This document shows, piece after piece, positions 37,429 through 62,810 of a DNA stretch of 64,000 nucleotides; the stretch's first letter is position 1, and every line of letters starts with the position of its first letter. Position numbers and translations under genes: made by a program. The notes beneath the pieces are model-generated. The model made no database searches, was not told the origin of the DNA, and worked only from the letters and a program-made list of their open reading frames with translations. This stretch comes from Amoebidium appalachense (taxonomy: Eukaryota; Protista; Ichthyosporea), in NCBI GenBank assembly GCA_963693365.1, contig CAVNZM010000001.1, positions 10,132,161 through 10,196,160 of the forward strand. Reading direction: 5' to 3'.

Positions 37429-37849
37429 CTTCGTTTTTCAATCTTTACGTTTAAATTTTGGTGTCGGGTGTGCCTAGTTGCAGCTGGATCTGTGCATGTA
37501 TATAGGTATTATGTTGGATTCAGGGTAATCAACTGTGTATGAGCGAGAAGTAGTAAGGTCCATGTCGCTCGAACCATGCTAATACTAATAAACAGTGTTT
37601 CTGTACTTCAAGTTTGTATGTACGGTTTTCGAGTTCTTTTGTACTTGAGTCCTGTGACTCATGAGTCACAAGCTTATTCAAGGTCAATTGGAATGGGGCT
37701 CTTCATAGCGACGAGGAAAATGTGCCATGCAACAAAATGCTTTCCGAAGGAAAATGTGTTGAGAATAGAACGTTGCGATAAAAAAAGAGTATAGGGTGAA
37801 TTGTTTTTATCCTGTACATACGAAAAAAGCTTTCTTTAGAGGTTTCCTA

Positions 37850-37940
37850 TTGGATACAATTGGCCGCAAACGGCAAACAGCGCTGCCGCAATTCCAAATT
37901 TCGGCAGCGCTGTTTGCCGTTTGCGGCCAATTGTATCCAA
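37850..37940. repeat. Perfect 39-bp-arm inverted repeat (91-bp hairpin)
   Basis: TTGGATACAATTGGCCGCAAACGGCAAACAGCGCTGCCG (37850-37888) is the exact reverse complement of 37902-37940; 13-nt spacer. Confidence 0.95.
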
Positions 37941-38293
37941 CGCCGGACCTTGGCAACAGAGCACGGTGGTGACACTTGGCCGGGGGTCTGGTGTAACGCA
38001 TCAGTTGAGTCAACCAGATCGCCACTCGAATATGCCCCGCCCAGCAGCCCCGCCCTCTCCCCACGGCGGCCGGCCCCTCCTCCCCTCCCCCCTCCCTCCC
38101 CCCGGGGTCCCCCGCCCGCGCGTCAAATCCCCCCCCCCCCCCCCCCCCCCCCCGGGCCGGCCCCACCTCCTAGATCTCGACGCCCGGCGCGTTGCTCCCC
38201 ACATCCATACACCGACCGACGCACACGGTCACAGTGCCAAACACACGCGAACGCATGCACACACACACACACACACACACACAAATACACAAA

Positions 38294-38392
<99 letters not shown>

Positions 38393-38459
38393 TGACAGTC
38401 ACACACACACACACACACACACGCACGCACACACAATGTGACACACACACACACACACA

Positions 38460-38564
<105 letters not shown>

Positions 38565-39312
38565 CTAACTGCCCGCTCCGTGCACCGGGTTTTGTCATGA
38601 CAAAAGCAACCACTAAAAAATTGACGACGTAGGCCCTAAGTTAACCTCATCAGCCCCATCTAAATATAACTTCCCCATTCCTCGAGCACACGTGTAGCAT
38701 ACAACATGAAGGTAAACAAAAGGCAAAAGTAGAATTATTCGGCATAAAGCAGGATTTTTCTAAATGTTCAGAAGAGGTACTCTGCAGCTGGGGGATAATT
38801 CTGCTAAAAGGAGGATCATTCTGTCGAAAGCAGAATTATTATTCTGCAAAAAGCAAGGCTTTTTTTTTTTCTTTTTTTTTTGCTGCAGTGAGCTGGAAAG
38901 CTGTGGAATGATTCTGGCTACCTAAGCGGAATTATTCTGCTCGGAGCAAATAAGTGTTGACTCTGCCGATGTGGTTCACAATGCCCCGCGAGTATGCCCC
39001 GCGACTCCTCGGCTATGTTAATCTCTTCGGTGTAGACACAAAACTCACGTGTAAACACCCGAGTGTGATACATACAAACGCTCACACACATGTGCGCGCG
39101 CGCATGGCAAACACATTTGCATCCCATTGCCCAGTACACTTCATGATCACGTGAGGCCCCAGATCGAGTAGGCTATAGTATCGCACCACAAACATACCAG
39201 GTGGCTGCCCTCGGGTTAAAAAAAAAACAAATGCTCACACCCTCACCGAGGCTCTTCACACACACACATGCGTGGCTGTCACTGTACACATAAGCTCATA
39301 CACATAGATACC

Positions 39313-39362
<50 letters not shown>

Positions 39363-39772
39363 ACATGTCACACACACGCGCGCACACACAGCGCGCGCGA
39401 AGAAAAGCAAGAATACAGGAACAAGAAGACTTCCAGAAGAAAAAGAAGAAAAGATTCAACTATCGATCCGAATAAATAAATAAATAAATAAATATAAAAA
39501 ACAGCTTGTAATAATCTAGACATCAACACCGTCGGATCCTTGGACACGGCTACAAACGGAAGCAAAGACTTAGATAAACAAGATACCAATCGGAGTACAA
39601 GTATCACTGACCCGGAAAAATTCTAACAGGAACTAGGCTGCTAGAATGCAGGTAGGTACTAAGTGACATAGCATCCCATTATAACACCGTGGCCTGTGGC
39701 CTATGCTGTTATTAGTAAAAAGAGGAGTGGTAGCGGTCTTAAAAGTCACACTTAAAATTCTGGGGGCGGCGG

Positions 39773-39837
<65 letters not shown>

Positions 39838-40207
39838 TGGGGGGCATTAATTAGAGAGAGAGGTTTAATAACACGTACCTCAGGGCTCTCAATTCCGGAA
39901 CACAGACACAGTGTGGTAGGAGACATGCCGAGTTGTTTGATTTAGGACCCCCCCCTCCCCCGACCCTTATATCATGCTCATGCAACACATACGCACACCG
40001 GTCGTCCTCACGTGCCCCCATTATTCATTACGCATTCTTCTGACACCGGCGTACATGTACACGCACTAGTTCTTAAAGTTTTGCTTGTGTCACCGTGACG
40101 GTGCACGTGTGCAGATTTTCCTATGATTGGGGTAATATATCAGTAAAGGGCATACACACACACTTTGGCTTTGTTAATCACGCTCACAAGCACATGTGCA
40201 CACACGT

Positions 40208-40259
<52 letters not shown>

Positions 40260-41543
40260 CACACCGTGCACGCAAGTCACCCGCACAAACGCAGATCATT
40301 GCACACAAGCTTGCAGCTCAACTCCCACACGTAAATCCGAGATAATGCATCTTGGTATTTAAGCTTTCCAGGTCCCCGCGGCCGGGCCGGATCTCGAGCA
40401 CGGCAGCTGGATGATATGGCTGGTTATTTTTATTTTTATTATTTCTTTTTTTGTTTAGTGTGTTTGTTTGGGGGAGGGGGGGGGAGGGGGGGCTGGAGGG
40501 GCTGGACAGCAGTCCACATGTTATTTTACCTGTGTGTCGTGACCATAGCTTACTACATTTTTTCCCACATATTAAGTCAGGTATCAGGTTCATTATCCTG
40601 ACAGAGAAGTGACTGTGCGCTTAGAGAAAAATTGATAAAATGAACTATTTTTTAATTAAGAATTAAAATTTGGCTATTTTCTACGGGACACACAACCATG
40701 TTGTCGTGTCTACCCACAATTTTTGGAGATCTCGGAACCTCGGGAAACTCTTGGGCTACTATCAGGTGATAACACCTGCACACAGTAGAACTAATAGGTA
40801 TTGACTATCAACGCCAAACTAAAAACATTTTTGTATATAACCAACATCTGCCTGCGCACGCACAAAGTACAACCCATACCCTTCACTACATAACACACAT
40901 CCCTCAAATGGGATAAGACATTTTTTTTTTGAAAAAAGGGGTCATATCGATCCCATCGTACAAAAATTTCCTTTCCCTGGCATTAAGGCCACATACATAC
41001 CAACTGTAAATAAACCACGACAATACATAGCAGCGTGTATAGCTCAATAGTCGGGTAAGGTTAACAGCAAAATGCGATGGGGAGTAAAAAAAGTGGGGGA
41101 AAAGTCATTCTACTCGCCACCTACACGCTCCTAGTTTACGTTATCTCAACAATTACCAAAACTAAACTTCATTCTATCATGATTTAACAATGGGGGTTCA
41201 ACGAACTATTTACTGCGTCCTATCGTACATACCGATCAGATTGCATGGTGGCACGACACATACCAACTTTCCACATTGGAATGCAGGTTAGCATAAAAAC
41301 CTCAAGTATTCGAAAAATCAAATCCACCCAATCGCGATGGGCTACATCAACTTGGGGAACATTTTCCGTTCCACTAGTTCTAGAAAACAACGTCATCTAA
41401 ATCTATCCAACCAGGAACTAAAGACCATTCAACGGATTCATCATCATTCTCATAATTGCAGTATATCATAATACTTGCGTTTTGCAAAATGGTGCAAGTA
41501 AAATTACCAATATGGTAGTGCAGAAGCCCAATATTCATGTAAA

Positions 41544-41618
<75 letters not shown>

Positions 41619-41666
41619 TTTCTACCATTTCACAATAGCACAATTCACACACGTTTGTGCGTCTAG

Positions 41667-41775
<109 letters not shown>

Positions 41776-41846
41776 TCTAGATGTGTGTGTGTATGTGTGT
41801 GCACGCGTGTGCGTGTGGCTCTTTATCTTACTCCCTGCGCAATTGA

Positions 41847-41887
<41 letters not shown>

Positions 41888-42086
41888 TAAGTGAATGTGA
41901 GACATACATGGAGAAAAAGAGGTGGAGAGAAGGAAAAAGAGACTGTGTGCGCATCTGCTACGCTTGTTGATGCGTGCACACACACACACACACACACACC
42001 CCACCCACCCACCCACCCATCCACCCACCCACCCACCCACCCACCCACCCACCCACCCACACACCCACACACACCAATCCATTAAC

Positions 42087-53085
<10,999 letters not shown>

Positions 53086-55253
53086 GGTTTTTGATGGAGA
53101 CGAAGGGGATACTGGAGAGAAGTAAAACGGAAGAGTAGTGTGAGAAATGAGACAGTGGTTGGTGGGTTCTGTAAGGGGTGTTATAAAACAGAGTGTGTGT
53201 GTTTATGTCTGTGTGTTTGTGTGTCCGTGTGCGTGTATGTGCCTGTGCCTGTGCGTGTGTGTGCGTGTGCGCGTGCGTGCCTCTGCCCGCGCGCAAGTGT
53301 GTGTAAGAGTTTATGTGGATGTGTGTGTTTTCACATACAATCATACACACCCGTGTGCGTGCATGTATAGGAGTGTATGCGCACGTCACGTGTATAAGTG
53401 TATGTGAGTGCGAGTGTGTTTTATGCGTGTCTCGGTGTGTGTGTGTGTGCGTGCGTGCGTGTGTGCGTGTGTTTGTGTGTGTTCGTGCATCATAGTCATG
53501 GTGCGGGTAGTTGTGTTTGTGTGCACAAAATTACGCACCACGGTGTATGTGTGTGCAAACAAGCACGCGTGGGTGTGTGCGCATGTTCCTGTTTGTCAAG
53601 TGTACATATTTAATGCGCCGGTGCAACATTGGTTTCAGACAGAAAAGTAATAAAATGAACAGTACCTCATAGTACGTACGTTTAGGGGAGAGCATGCCAT
53701 GTAGTGCTTGAGTTTGTCCAAATGCCGCACTGCAACCATCCAGGCGCAACTAACGGGAAAACATGGCTTACTGAGAGATTATATCCCTAAGAAGAAAGAA
53801 AAGGGTTGCTTGTGGGGGTGGGGGTAGAAGGTGGGGTGGGGGGTTGGGAAGTGGGTGAGGGCGGGTGTGTGTGTGTGGGTGGGTGGGTGGGTGGGGGGGG
53901 GGGGGGGGGGGGGGGGGAGGGGGGGGGGAGGGGGCGGGGAACCATACCTGTGGGACCCTTCGGCTTGGCTCTGTTTCTGAACCCCATCTTTTGAAAATTA
54001 TCCCACAGTAAGGGCTAACAGATATTTCAAAGTTGTACCAAAACTAGTTCTTCAGTTCAAAGCGAAAAAAAGGAAAGAAACAAGAGAAATCCTTTGCGAG
54101 AACTGTTGTAGGCAAACATGCTAAACAACATTAGCAAGTGCACAGATGCACAAGACACGGCGAGGTTATCGCTATAAAAGCTATGAAGGACGTGTGCGTC
54201 AACAATAAAGAAATAAAAGAAAGATCTCAAAGTCGTCGTGATGAACCAAAAGGCGCTGTGTGTTTCCGTTTAAATTTTCATATCGTGTGTCGGGATCTGA
54301 GAAGCTCGCACAAGTAATGCTTACAACCTAGAAAATGGAAGTGGAAGGAAGCGATTCCTGAGGATTTAGAGAGGCAGTAGGAGTCGTAGGAACGTAAGGG
54401 TACAACGGGTAATGAGTATCTATTATATCGCACACGCACACGTGACTCCACACACACTAATAACACACACACACACACACAGCACAGACACACACAGTCA
54501 CACAGTCACACAGACGCTGAAACTGCGCATGCGTGTCACGCATGCCGATCATGAGCCATGAGTCGCTAGGTACGAAAGGTAGCCCTACGTCATGTAACGT
54601 CGCGGTGCGCGCCGGAATTTATTGACCCAGGGTTAAAAAGTTCGAGCAGGGACTCGACTCACTCGAGTGGCCGGCGGAGCATGAAGGTCCAAGAGTAATA
54701 CTGTAGTCAAGCTGTAATATTTCTTTTAATCATTCGTAGCATCTACATAGATTTACGGTTTTGAGAAAAGAGGGGCAGTTTTTTTTAAAAAAAATGGAAT
54801 TCTGGTGGAATGTAGATGCCTCGAAGATCTTGCAGCGATCTTGATAATGATGCAAATTCAAGCCCTGTTTATTCATCGGGGCTTGTTAATACAATGTGAA
54901 GTTTGAATTTACAAAATATTTAAATCTTAATTTGAACGCTTTGGGGTCAGATCTATTGATCGATCGAAACGCCCACCGCGTTTTTAAACAAATATTTCTC
55001 AAACTTTACGATCCAGATTATTGTATCCCGGTTGAGTGGGGAACTCGCTACAACCCTATTTTTTAACCTCGCCAGCCGATAGCTTGCGGTAGGTTCCTTT
55101 GATTGGCTCGATATGTTTAAGCATGCACGCCAGAATCAGGGTATGAAATTTGTTTTTGGCTGGTGCTATTTTGATAACTTTCTACCAGCCTGGATGGCTC
55201 TAACAGAGCCAACAACCCTTTTTGGGTGTTTTTTTTTTCTTTTTCTTTTTTTT

Positions 55254-55287
<34 letters not shown>

Positions 55288-55922
55288 CTTTTGACTGGAT
55301 TTATTCAACGGAAAGATATGCAAGTATGCACGGCATACGGAGAAGACAATAAAAACTTCACGAGTTATCCAGTAACAAGTGCATATGAGATACACTGTGT
55401 GAAAATCATATAAATACTCAATGTGACGACCAACAGAATTCAACAAAAAGTCTAAAGTGCACATGTAGCAGATACCCGGAGGGAAAGAGGTAAAACGCGA
55501 CATAAAAATTCACACCTATCAACATGCTTGCGATTAAAAGGTCAGCACAAAAGTGGCACCAGCGGCGATGAAAACAAGAATTACAGCGCCACTGCACAAC
55601 TTCCCAGGCAATATCAACATCAGAGCACCATACAGACTTATCTACTAGGGTGGTATTCATACGTACAGCAGGAGAAATGTATCCTGCCAAAGCTCCCAAA
55701 AAGCGATAATGATCAGTACGGTGTTGCCTAAGGAACATAACACATGCCGACTGAGTTTTACCTTTGATTTCTCTATCAGAACGAGAAAGAAACTTATACT
55801 GCGTATGGTAATAACGCGAAAAGGCAGAAAAAACAGGAAGAGAAAAGAAAGAGGGAGTGAGATAGCGAGAGGAAGAATCAGGTGGAAAGAGGGTAGGCTG
55901 AGGACATTCAGAAGTAGCGTTG

Positions 55923-56049
55923 GGGGTTTACGCTGTTTACTCGAGGCAAAGAGAACCAGTCTCAGGTATGGGGGGGGGGGGTTTTGCTCGGAATATCCCC
56001 TCAGCGGTATATCATGATCACGTACATAGATGTCGGGTGGTGACTATAT
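55923..56049 (-). mobile_element. 127-bp 3'-end fragment of LINE family A inserted into LINE family B
   Basis: Essentially identical to 4966-~5093 and interrupts the family B ORF. Confidence 0.9.
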
Positions 56050-56265
56050 GGTGAATCGGGGGGGAAGAGGGATGGAGGGAGGGGGGGAAAGAAAGCATAA
56101 AGAGGGTGACCATCAGGTAGCCTAACTAAATGAAAACAAAAACGAAGAGACAATTCCTCCATACGACAAACAGCAGACGACAATCCAAACATACTGATTA
56201 AGGGAGGCACAAACCGAGTACGAAACAAAGTGCGTAGCGCTTTCTTAAAAATCTGGCTCCGTTAA

Positions 56266-56588
56266 GGCCAAATTTTGGAAAATCGATGGACCTAACCTCA
56301 AAAAGTTAGGGACATTTTTCGGACTTTCAGGGACAATTTTCTGGCCCTAAACCCCCTACAGCTAGAGTAAATTCACAGCCTGGCCCGTGACGATGCACGC
56401 CTGCGGCCTGAAATTTGATCACGGTCCCTGGCAGCCACGGGCACGGTGCCACGGAGGCGGTGAACGTACATACTGCAGCCCCCCCCCCCCCCCCCCCCCG
56501 CGCACGTACGTACATGTAACTCGCCTAGTAGACTCGTAGGACTCTGGGGGGGGGGGGGGGGGGGGGGGGGGGGGAGGGGGGGGGGGGG

Positions 56589-56662
<74 letters not shown>

Positions 56663-56765
56663 AGAGACTCAGAGATATTACTCAGTGAGAGAGAGAGACA
56701 GAGAGAGAGAGAGCCTGAGAGAGAGAGAAGGAGAGAGGGGAGGGGAGGAGAGAGAGAGAGAGATC

Positions 56766-56800
<35 letters not shown>

Positions 56801-56852
56801 AGAGAGAGAGAGAGAGAGAGAGAGATCTAGAGAGAGACAAGAGACAGAGCGA

Positions 56853-56886
<34 letters not shown>

Positions 56887-56945
56887 AGAGAGAGAGAGAG
56901 ACAGAGAGAGAGAGAGAGGGAGAGAGAGAGAAAGAGAGAGAGAGG

Positions 56946-56978
<33 letters not shown>

Positions 56979-57043
56979 GCTTGAGACTCAGGGTGAGGGG
57001 GGAGGGGGGGGGGGGGGGGGGGGGAGAGAGAGAGAGAGAGATC

Positions 57044-57088
<45 letters not shown>

Positions 57089-57374
57089 AAAGAAGGCATT
57101 TTAACGAAATTTTAGACTCAAAATTACAGTAAAATTGTATAACGTTATGCAGGTTTGAGCATAACATTATGCACGTTTCAAAAAATCAAAAATGCAATAA
57201 CTCGGGAACCGCGCGACGAAAATGCATCAATATTTCACAGTTGGTGTGTTTTTATACGCCCTGCACACACACGTTTAGATAACAGCATAACAGTGTGATC
57301 TGGTCAAGCGATCACGAAAAAACATTAAAAAAAACTTTAAAAAAACTGTACGTCAAATTTTTCGGTAAAATCCC
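56266..57374. mobile_element. Putative TTAA-flanked non-autonomous DNA transposon (Kolobok-like) inserted in LINE B
   Basis: TTAA at 56262-56265 and 57375-57378, GG...CC termini and AT-rich subterminal blocks; LINE B-like sequence lies on both sides. TIR similarity is weak. Confidence 0.45.
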
Positions 57375-57447
57375 TTAAAGACAGAGCGAGAGAGAGAGCA
57401 GAAGCGTGAGAGGAGGAGGAGAGAGAGAGAGAGAGAAGGAGAGAGAA

Positions 57448-57530
<83 letters not shown>

Positions 57531-57827
57531 CTGACTATGTCTGAGGGAGAGTCTCAAGGGAAGGAAGAGGGAAGCCTTGGGGAGAGAGAGAGGCTGACAG
57601 ACTCCGAGGAGCAAAAGACTCCGCGACAGAGGGAAAGAAAGGGAGACTCGGGGAGAGAGAGCGAGTGAACGAGAAAGAGAGAGAGAGAGATAAAGAGAAA
57701 GAGAGAGAGTGTGTGTGCGTGGTAGCAAGAGAGAAAGAGTGAGAGTGAGAGGCGCCGTCGGGGTGGGGGGAGAGAGAGAGAGGGACAGAGGGGGAGAGAG
57801 AGATGGAGAGAGGGAGAGAAAGAGCTT

Positions 57828-57885
<58 letters not shown>

Positions 57886-58818
57886 CTCGGAGAGAGAGCC
57901 TGAGAGCGAGAGGGGGAAAGGGGGGGGGGGGGAAGGAGGGGAGGAACCGGATTTAATGGGCCAGAAGGCCTTGCAGGGATGCAGTGCGGCCCTGCCCGCA
58001 CGTGTCGAGACTTCCAGCTTAGGAAGAAAAGGAGGGATCTTAGGTTGAAAATCAAGCCCAGATCCCACTGAGCGCAGGCGAGATGAGAGAGTCTGTTCTT
58101 GAATCCTATGCTCGTTTCAGTGAGCTAGGCAGAACGCAAGCATACACTCGAGTGCAGATGAAGCTTGAGTATTTGTAGGCCGCACAGGCGATGGCCAATA
58201 CACAGCCGGGAACTAATTGAGCTGACAAACAACAAAGTGTCACCTTGCAAATACATTCCTGAAGATTGACGAAAACGAAAACTTAGTAATGCCTGCTTTC
58301 GCGCAAACGCTTGCACGAGACCGAAAATGTCTGAGATGCTTGGAGCCAACAACGATCATTAACGGTCTCGTGGTCAGAGCTGTTACTAAAAGAGGAAATC
58401 AAGACAAGTGTGTGTGTGTGCATGGTGTGCCAGAGGGAGTCAAGGCTTGCACAAGAAAAGCCTAGTCCGACTTGGCCGTGTACCACGCAAGTTGCGTGAT
58501 GCTCAACGCACAAGATCATCGATGTGGTTGTTACAAGCTGATAAGTTAGCTCTTGGAATGCATGCACAACTTGCAGACGTGCAGGTAACTACGGAGCAAT
58601 ACGTTAGATTACAATAACACTTTTTGCAATAGACGTTATCACGTTAGTCCTTCGGCTAACAGTGCTTGAATTTTGCGCAATAGATAACACAGCCACTAAT
58701 AAACGTTTACAAGCGGCTTACAGCCTGAGTAAACAGGTAATACTAAAGCTAGAGGTGGGTGACAACAATTGTGTCTTGCTTATGGCTTAGCACTACCACC
58801 TTGAGGCGGTGTCTCCTT

Positions 58819-58853
<35 letters not shown>

Positions 58854-60643
58854 CGCCTGAGTAGATGTTAAAACGTCGCACGTGCGGCAACACGTCAGTA
58901 CGTGTTAGGGCTTAGCACCGAGCTAGGAAAGGGGAATCATTGTGCACTGTTGGGTGAACGGCCGGGTATGCGACTGGTGCGCGCGTACACGTGTGTGCGT
59001 GAGTGAGTGATTGAATGTGTACCACGGTGTGTGTGTGTATGTGCGTGTGTGTCTGTGTGTGTGTGTAGTAGTAGAGTAGTAGTCCGTCCAAACACTTGTT
59101 TGTATGGCACGGAAGCGTGTGACTGAACTCGAGGGAAAATTCTTATTTTCAAGTATGCAAAGTTGGGGAATCCGTGAGACCGTGCATGACAAGTGTAACT
59201 CTCGGAAGTGCATATGTGTACCTGTTCTGACACGACCTGCCTGTGCCCCCAAGCTACGTAAGATCAACTTACGCGTGCACTGTTTTTCGATGCCATCTTC
59301 GAAAAACTTGCCTAGCTGCGAATCGTCACTTCGGGGAACGCTGTTAAGTTATAAACGACAAATATGTAAGCCGCGATTGGGTGCCGGCACCAAGGCTAAC
59401 AGTGCTTCCACACAACAAGGTACATATGTAGAAAACGTAAAAACGTGTGCACGACTGTGGAGGCAACGTTTTGTCCCCTACATGCTAAAGTTTTCTACGT
59501 CTGGTGCACGGCCATCTACAATACACTACATCGTGGTCTGGTGCGAGCTCAGTTTGTGGCCATCAAGTGGCCCGCGAGCTCTATTTATAGAGAACCCTTT
59601 TGATTGGGCGAAGTCAAAAGGCCACTTGGGTGTACCGATACCCGGCCCGTGAATTTTGGTACGAGAAAAGCTTCCTACGATTCAGGAGAAGTATGGTTCT
59701 AGTAAAGATAATATATAGGAAAGAGCTATACTGAGTTACGGTTTGAAGTACCACAGAAGATTTACCTTGGGCCTATGTGCCATACATCCACGTGCTAAGT
59801 TGGTGTAAGTGCTCCTTTTGCATCGCTCAGATTTGGCCATATAAGGCAGCAGATCAAATTTCCTTGTAGTCTTCGACTGCAAACGTTGTGCTATTGTGTT
59901 TATGCATTTTCAAGGTTGTTCTTCTAATAAAATGACGTCCTTGTATAGTCTTACATGCTCCGCTTTTGTTGCCTCAAGGGGCAAAAAAAAAAACGGAGCA
60001 GGTTGCAGCAGTTTCAAGTTCGTTTTGGCCTTTTCCGCCTCACCATCTCTCTTCTTATAACGTGAGCGTAAAAAGGGACGTTCTCGTGTTCTCAGAAGTT
60101 GGTAGCAACAGGCAAACGTGACAGACTTCTCTGGTGAGTTTTTTGTTTCGTGGGCGCCAAGAAGGGCTATAAGCCTTCTTGGTGTGTGTGAGATTTGGTC
60201 ATAAATGAGAGCAATCCTCTAAGGGGGGGGGGAGAGAGAGAACTAAATTTTCAACGCCAGTTTATGGAGAACATTAGAGGGGTAGTTGTTTTGTCAAAGG
60301 ACTTACTCACTCTAATGGTTATGTTATACACGCTGGGCTGCTCCTTCTACGTTCTGGACTTTCGCGAAACACACTCAGTGGCCATCGGTGCCCTTCCATC
60401 CACTACATAGAATTGATTTAAGTTTTTTTCGAAACCCCCCAATAAGTCACATATGGGCATTTACAACACCGGTAAATTCAATCTACAAACACGGCTTCCG
60501 ATTACTGTGTAGGGCATGGCATTCATTACACTTTCACTCGAACATTGTATTCTGTTGTGTTCCAAGACCACTCGGCAAGGAAGCGAGCCGAACCGGGAAG
60601 ATGGGTGGGAGGGTTCCTTGACGGGTGCTTGCAAAACCAGAGA

Positions 60644-60734
<91 letters not shown>

Positions 60735-61241
60735 CTCGCTTCTTCCCCCTCTATTTTCCCTCTCTTCTTTCTCTCTCTCTCTCTCCTCCCTTCTCTCTCT
60801 CTGTCTCTTCCCTCTTCCCCCCCCCCCCACCCCACCCACCCCACCCACCCCACCCACCCCACCCCCTCTTTGTACTTCGTACCTTATGGAGCTTTTGAAC
60901 CTGCACCGCCACCCTCCCCGTACTTTCTTCCTCCTGTGTGACACCTGTACCTCCCCCTTATCTCCCACTCGTTTACTCAAGAAGACCCATCCCTCCGACC
61001 TTTTTTTCACCATCCCCGGAGAACGGTTTAAACCGCATACCACTTTTCTTGAAATGGACTCCATCCGTTCCTTGTTATTCAACACTAACAATGATCCCAC
61101 TAAGAACCAACATCATTTTCTTCTTATGTGATTTCTGAGCAAAGTAAAGCCCATGAATTGTGTTTCTAAGGCAATAATGGTGATATATTATATTTTTCTG
61201 CTCAAAAAAGGAACCCGTGTCATACTTTCTTGGTGCAGACC

Positions 61242-61413
61242 ATGCAGGTAGCCACGGGAACTCTGAGGCAGCTCTCTGCTTCGGCTGCACGGCGCAGCGC
61301 AGCGAAGGTGTGCCGGGCTGCTGTTGCCACCCAGCTTTTGCGCAAACGCACCATCACCACACAGGCTGCACCTGCTGCTAAGAGGTGGGTGGGCTGGGTG
61401 AGGAAAAGTGGTG

Positions 61414-61461
<48 letters not shown>

Positions 61462-61857
61462 GTGGGGGGGGGGGGGGGGGGGGGGGGGGGGTGAGGGAAG
61501 GGCTTTGGGGGGGGGGGGGGGGGGGTTTGAGAGGAAAGGGTTGAGCGTTGAATGGCGGCCCTACTGCCAAGGGGTGCGTACGGTAGACGAGACGAGAAAG
61601 AATGTGTGATGGTTCAGGGCGGAGGGGGGAATTTTTTTTTTTTTTTTTTTTTTTTGGGGGGGGGGGGGGGGAGGGGAGGAGGGGCGGGTAGGAAGAGAGA
61701 GAAAAGGTTGAGTGTTGAATGGTGGCATAGAAAAGAATGGGAAGGTGGGTAGTGGCGAGAACGTTGCTTGATGGTTGTGGTGGTGGCAAGGAGGGGGCAG
61801 CCGGGACCTGGGGTGTATGTGTGTAATTTTTTTTCTTTCATTCTTTCTTTCTTTTTT

Positions 61858-61894
<37 letters not shown>

Positions 61895-62732
61895 TGGATG
61901 TGTTGCTCATGTTAGTGAACATATTCAGCGAAAAGTTTCTGGGGGGAGGGGCACGGCTCTTGCCGGGACTTCCGTTTTAAGTGTTATCAGTGCACAATCC
62001 AAGATGTGATGGTGTTCTACCATAAGTTATGGGTGGTTTTTAGGGGGAGGAGACGGGAGGTTTTTTTTTTTTTTTTTTTTTTTTTGGGGGGGGGGGGGAG
62101 TAAGAAATATAAGAGCTTCTTAAACGATTTAGCATGGTGTTAATATAGTGCCGGAAAAAGCAATAATCTGACTGGTGACGTCATGGGGTCAGATGGCTGA
62201 GGGTCAGCAACGGACAGGCCAGACGCTACTTCAGGGCCACCCCTGCTGCATACGGTGGGTAGTATGGGCAGGTTTTATGGATCCGCTTATGTTAGTTCTT
62301 AGTATTTCGTCATTTGAGTGCTGGTGCAATTTCTTAGTATTATGTATAGCATTAGTGTTAATCATTGGTATTATGAATATAAGTGCTAGTATTATAATGT
62401 AAGTGTTGTTTGGGTGGTCCTGTTCCTCTTGTTGTTGATGTTGTCGTGTCTCTCCTTTGTTTGTAGGGTGTGGTGTGTTTCTTTTGTCTTGCAGCATTGT
62501 GTAATGTCTAAGTGTTCTAGTGTTGTGACTTGTATTGTTGTATCGTCATGTATTTGGATTTGTACACCAAACAATGTTCTGCGACTCTCTATCAGATCCC
62601 CCCCACCCCCCACCGGATTCCTCGTGCTGTGTAACACATCCCCCACCCCCCACCCCCCACCCCTCGACACCTGAAGAGAAAGGAAAGTAAGAAATACACA
62701 AGCCCGCACGTTCACACTTACTTGCTCCCCCC

Positions 62733-62810
<78 letters not shown>

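Larger units (their letters stand above)
55229..58100 (-). mobile_element. Non-LTR retrotransposon (LINE family B), degenerate, with poly(A) tail and two nested insertions
   Basis: Minus-strand fragments: QWDLGLIFNLRS (~58030-58075); SMFGLSSAVCRMEELSLRFCFHLVRLPDGHPLY (~56095-56200); ALAGYISPAVR..LVD..VQWRCN..C..C, then frameshifted FNRKHVDRC (55515-55700); CTLDFLLN. These are collinear with family A's C-terminus. AATAAA then an A-rich tail (plus-strand T-run 55229-55292). The 5' end is approximate. Confidence 0.75.

Noticed and set aside
41380-41545. Acidic peptide ENDDESVEWSLVPGWIDLDDVVF* downstream of the bHLH-PAS stop
   Set aside because: No convincing splice connection or homology; probably 3'UTR or intergenic.
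54524-54533. NRF1-like TGCGCATGCG upstream of bHLH-PAS; CCAAT boxes near 4532
   Set aside because: Short motifs are common by chance in this GT/CA/GC-rich background; no TSS data.
54628-55072. Possible second hAT element (CAGGGTTAAAAA ... TTTTTAACCTCG)
   Set aside because: The terminal bases mismatch and no 8-bp TSD was found.
59104-59652. 182-aa non-repetitive ORF
   Set aside because: No recognisable domain, atypical composition and no supporting splice structure.
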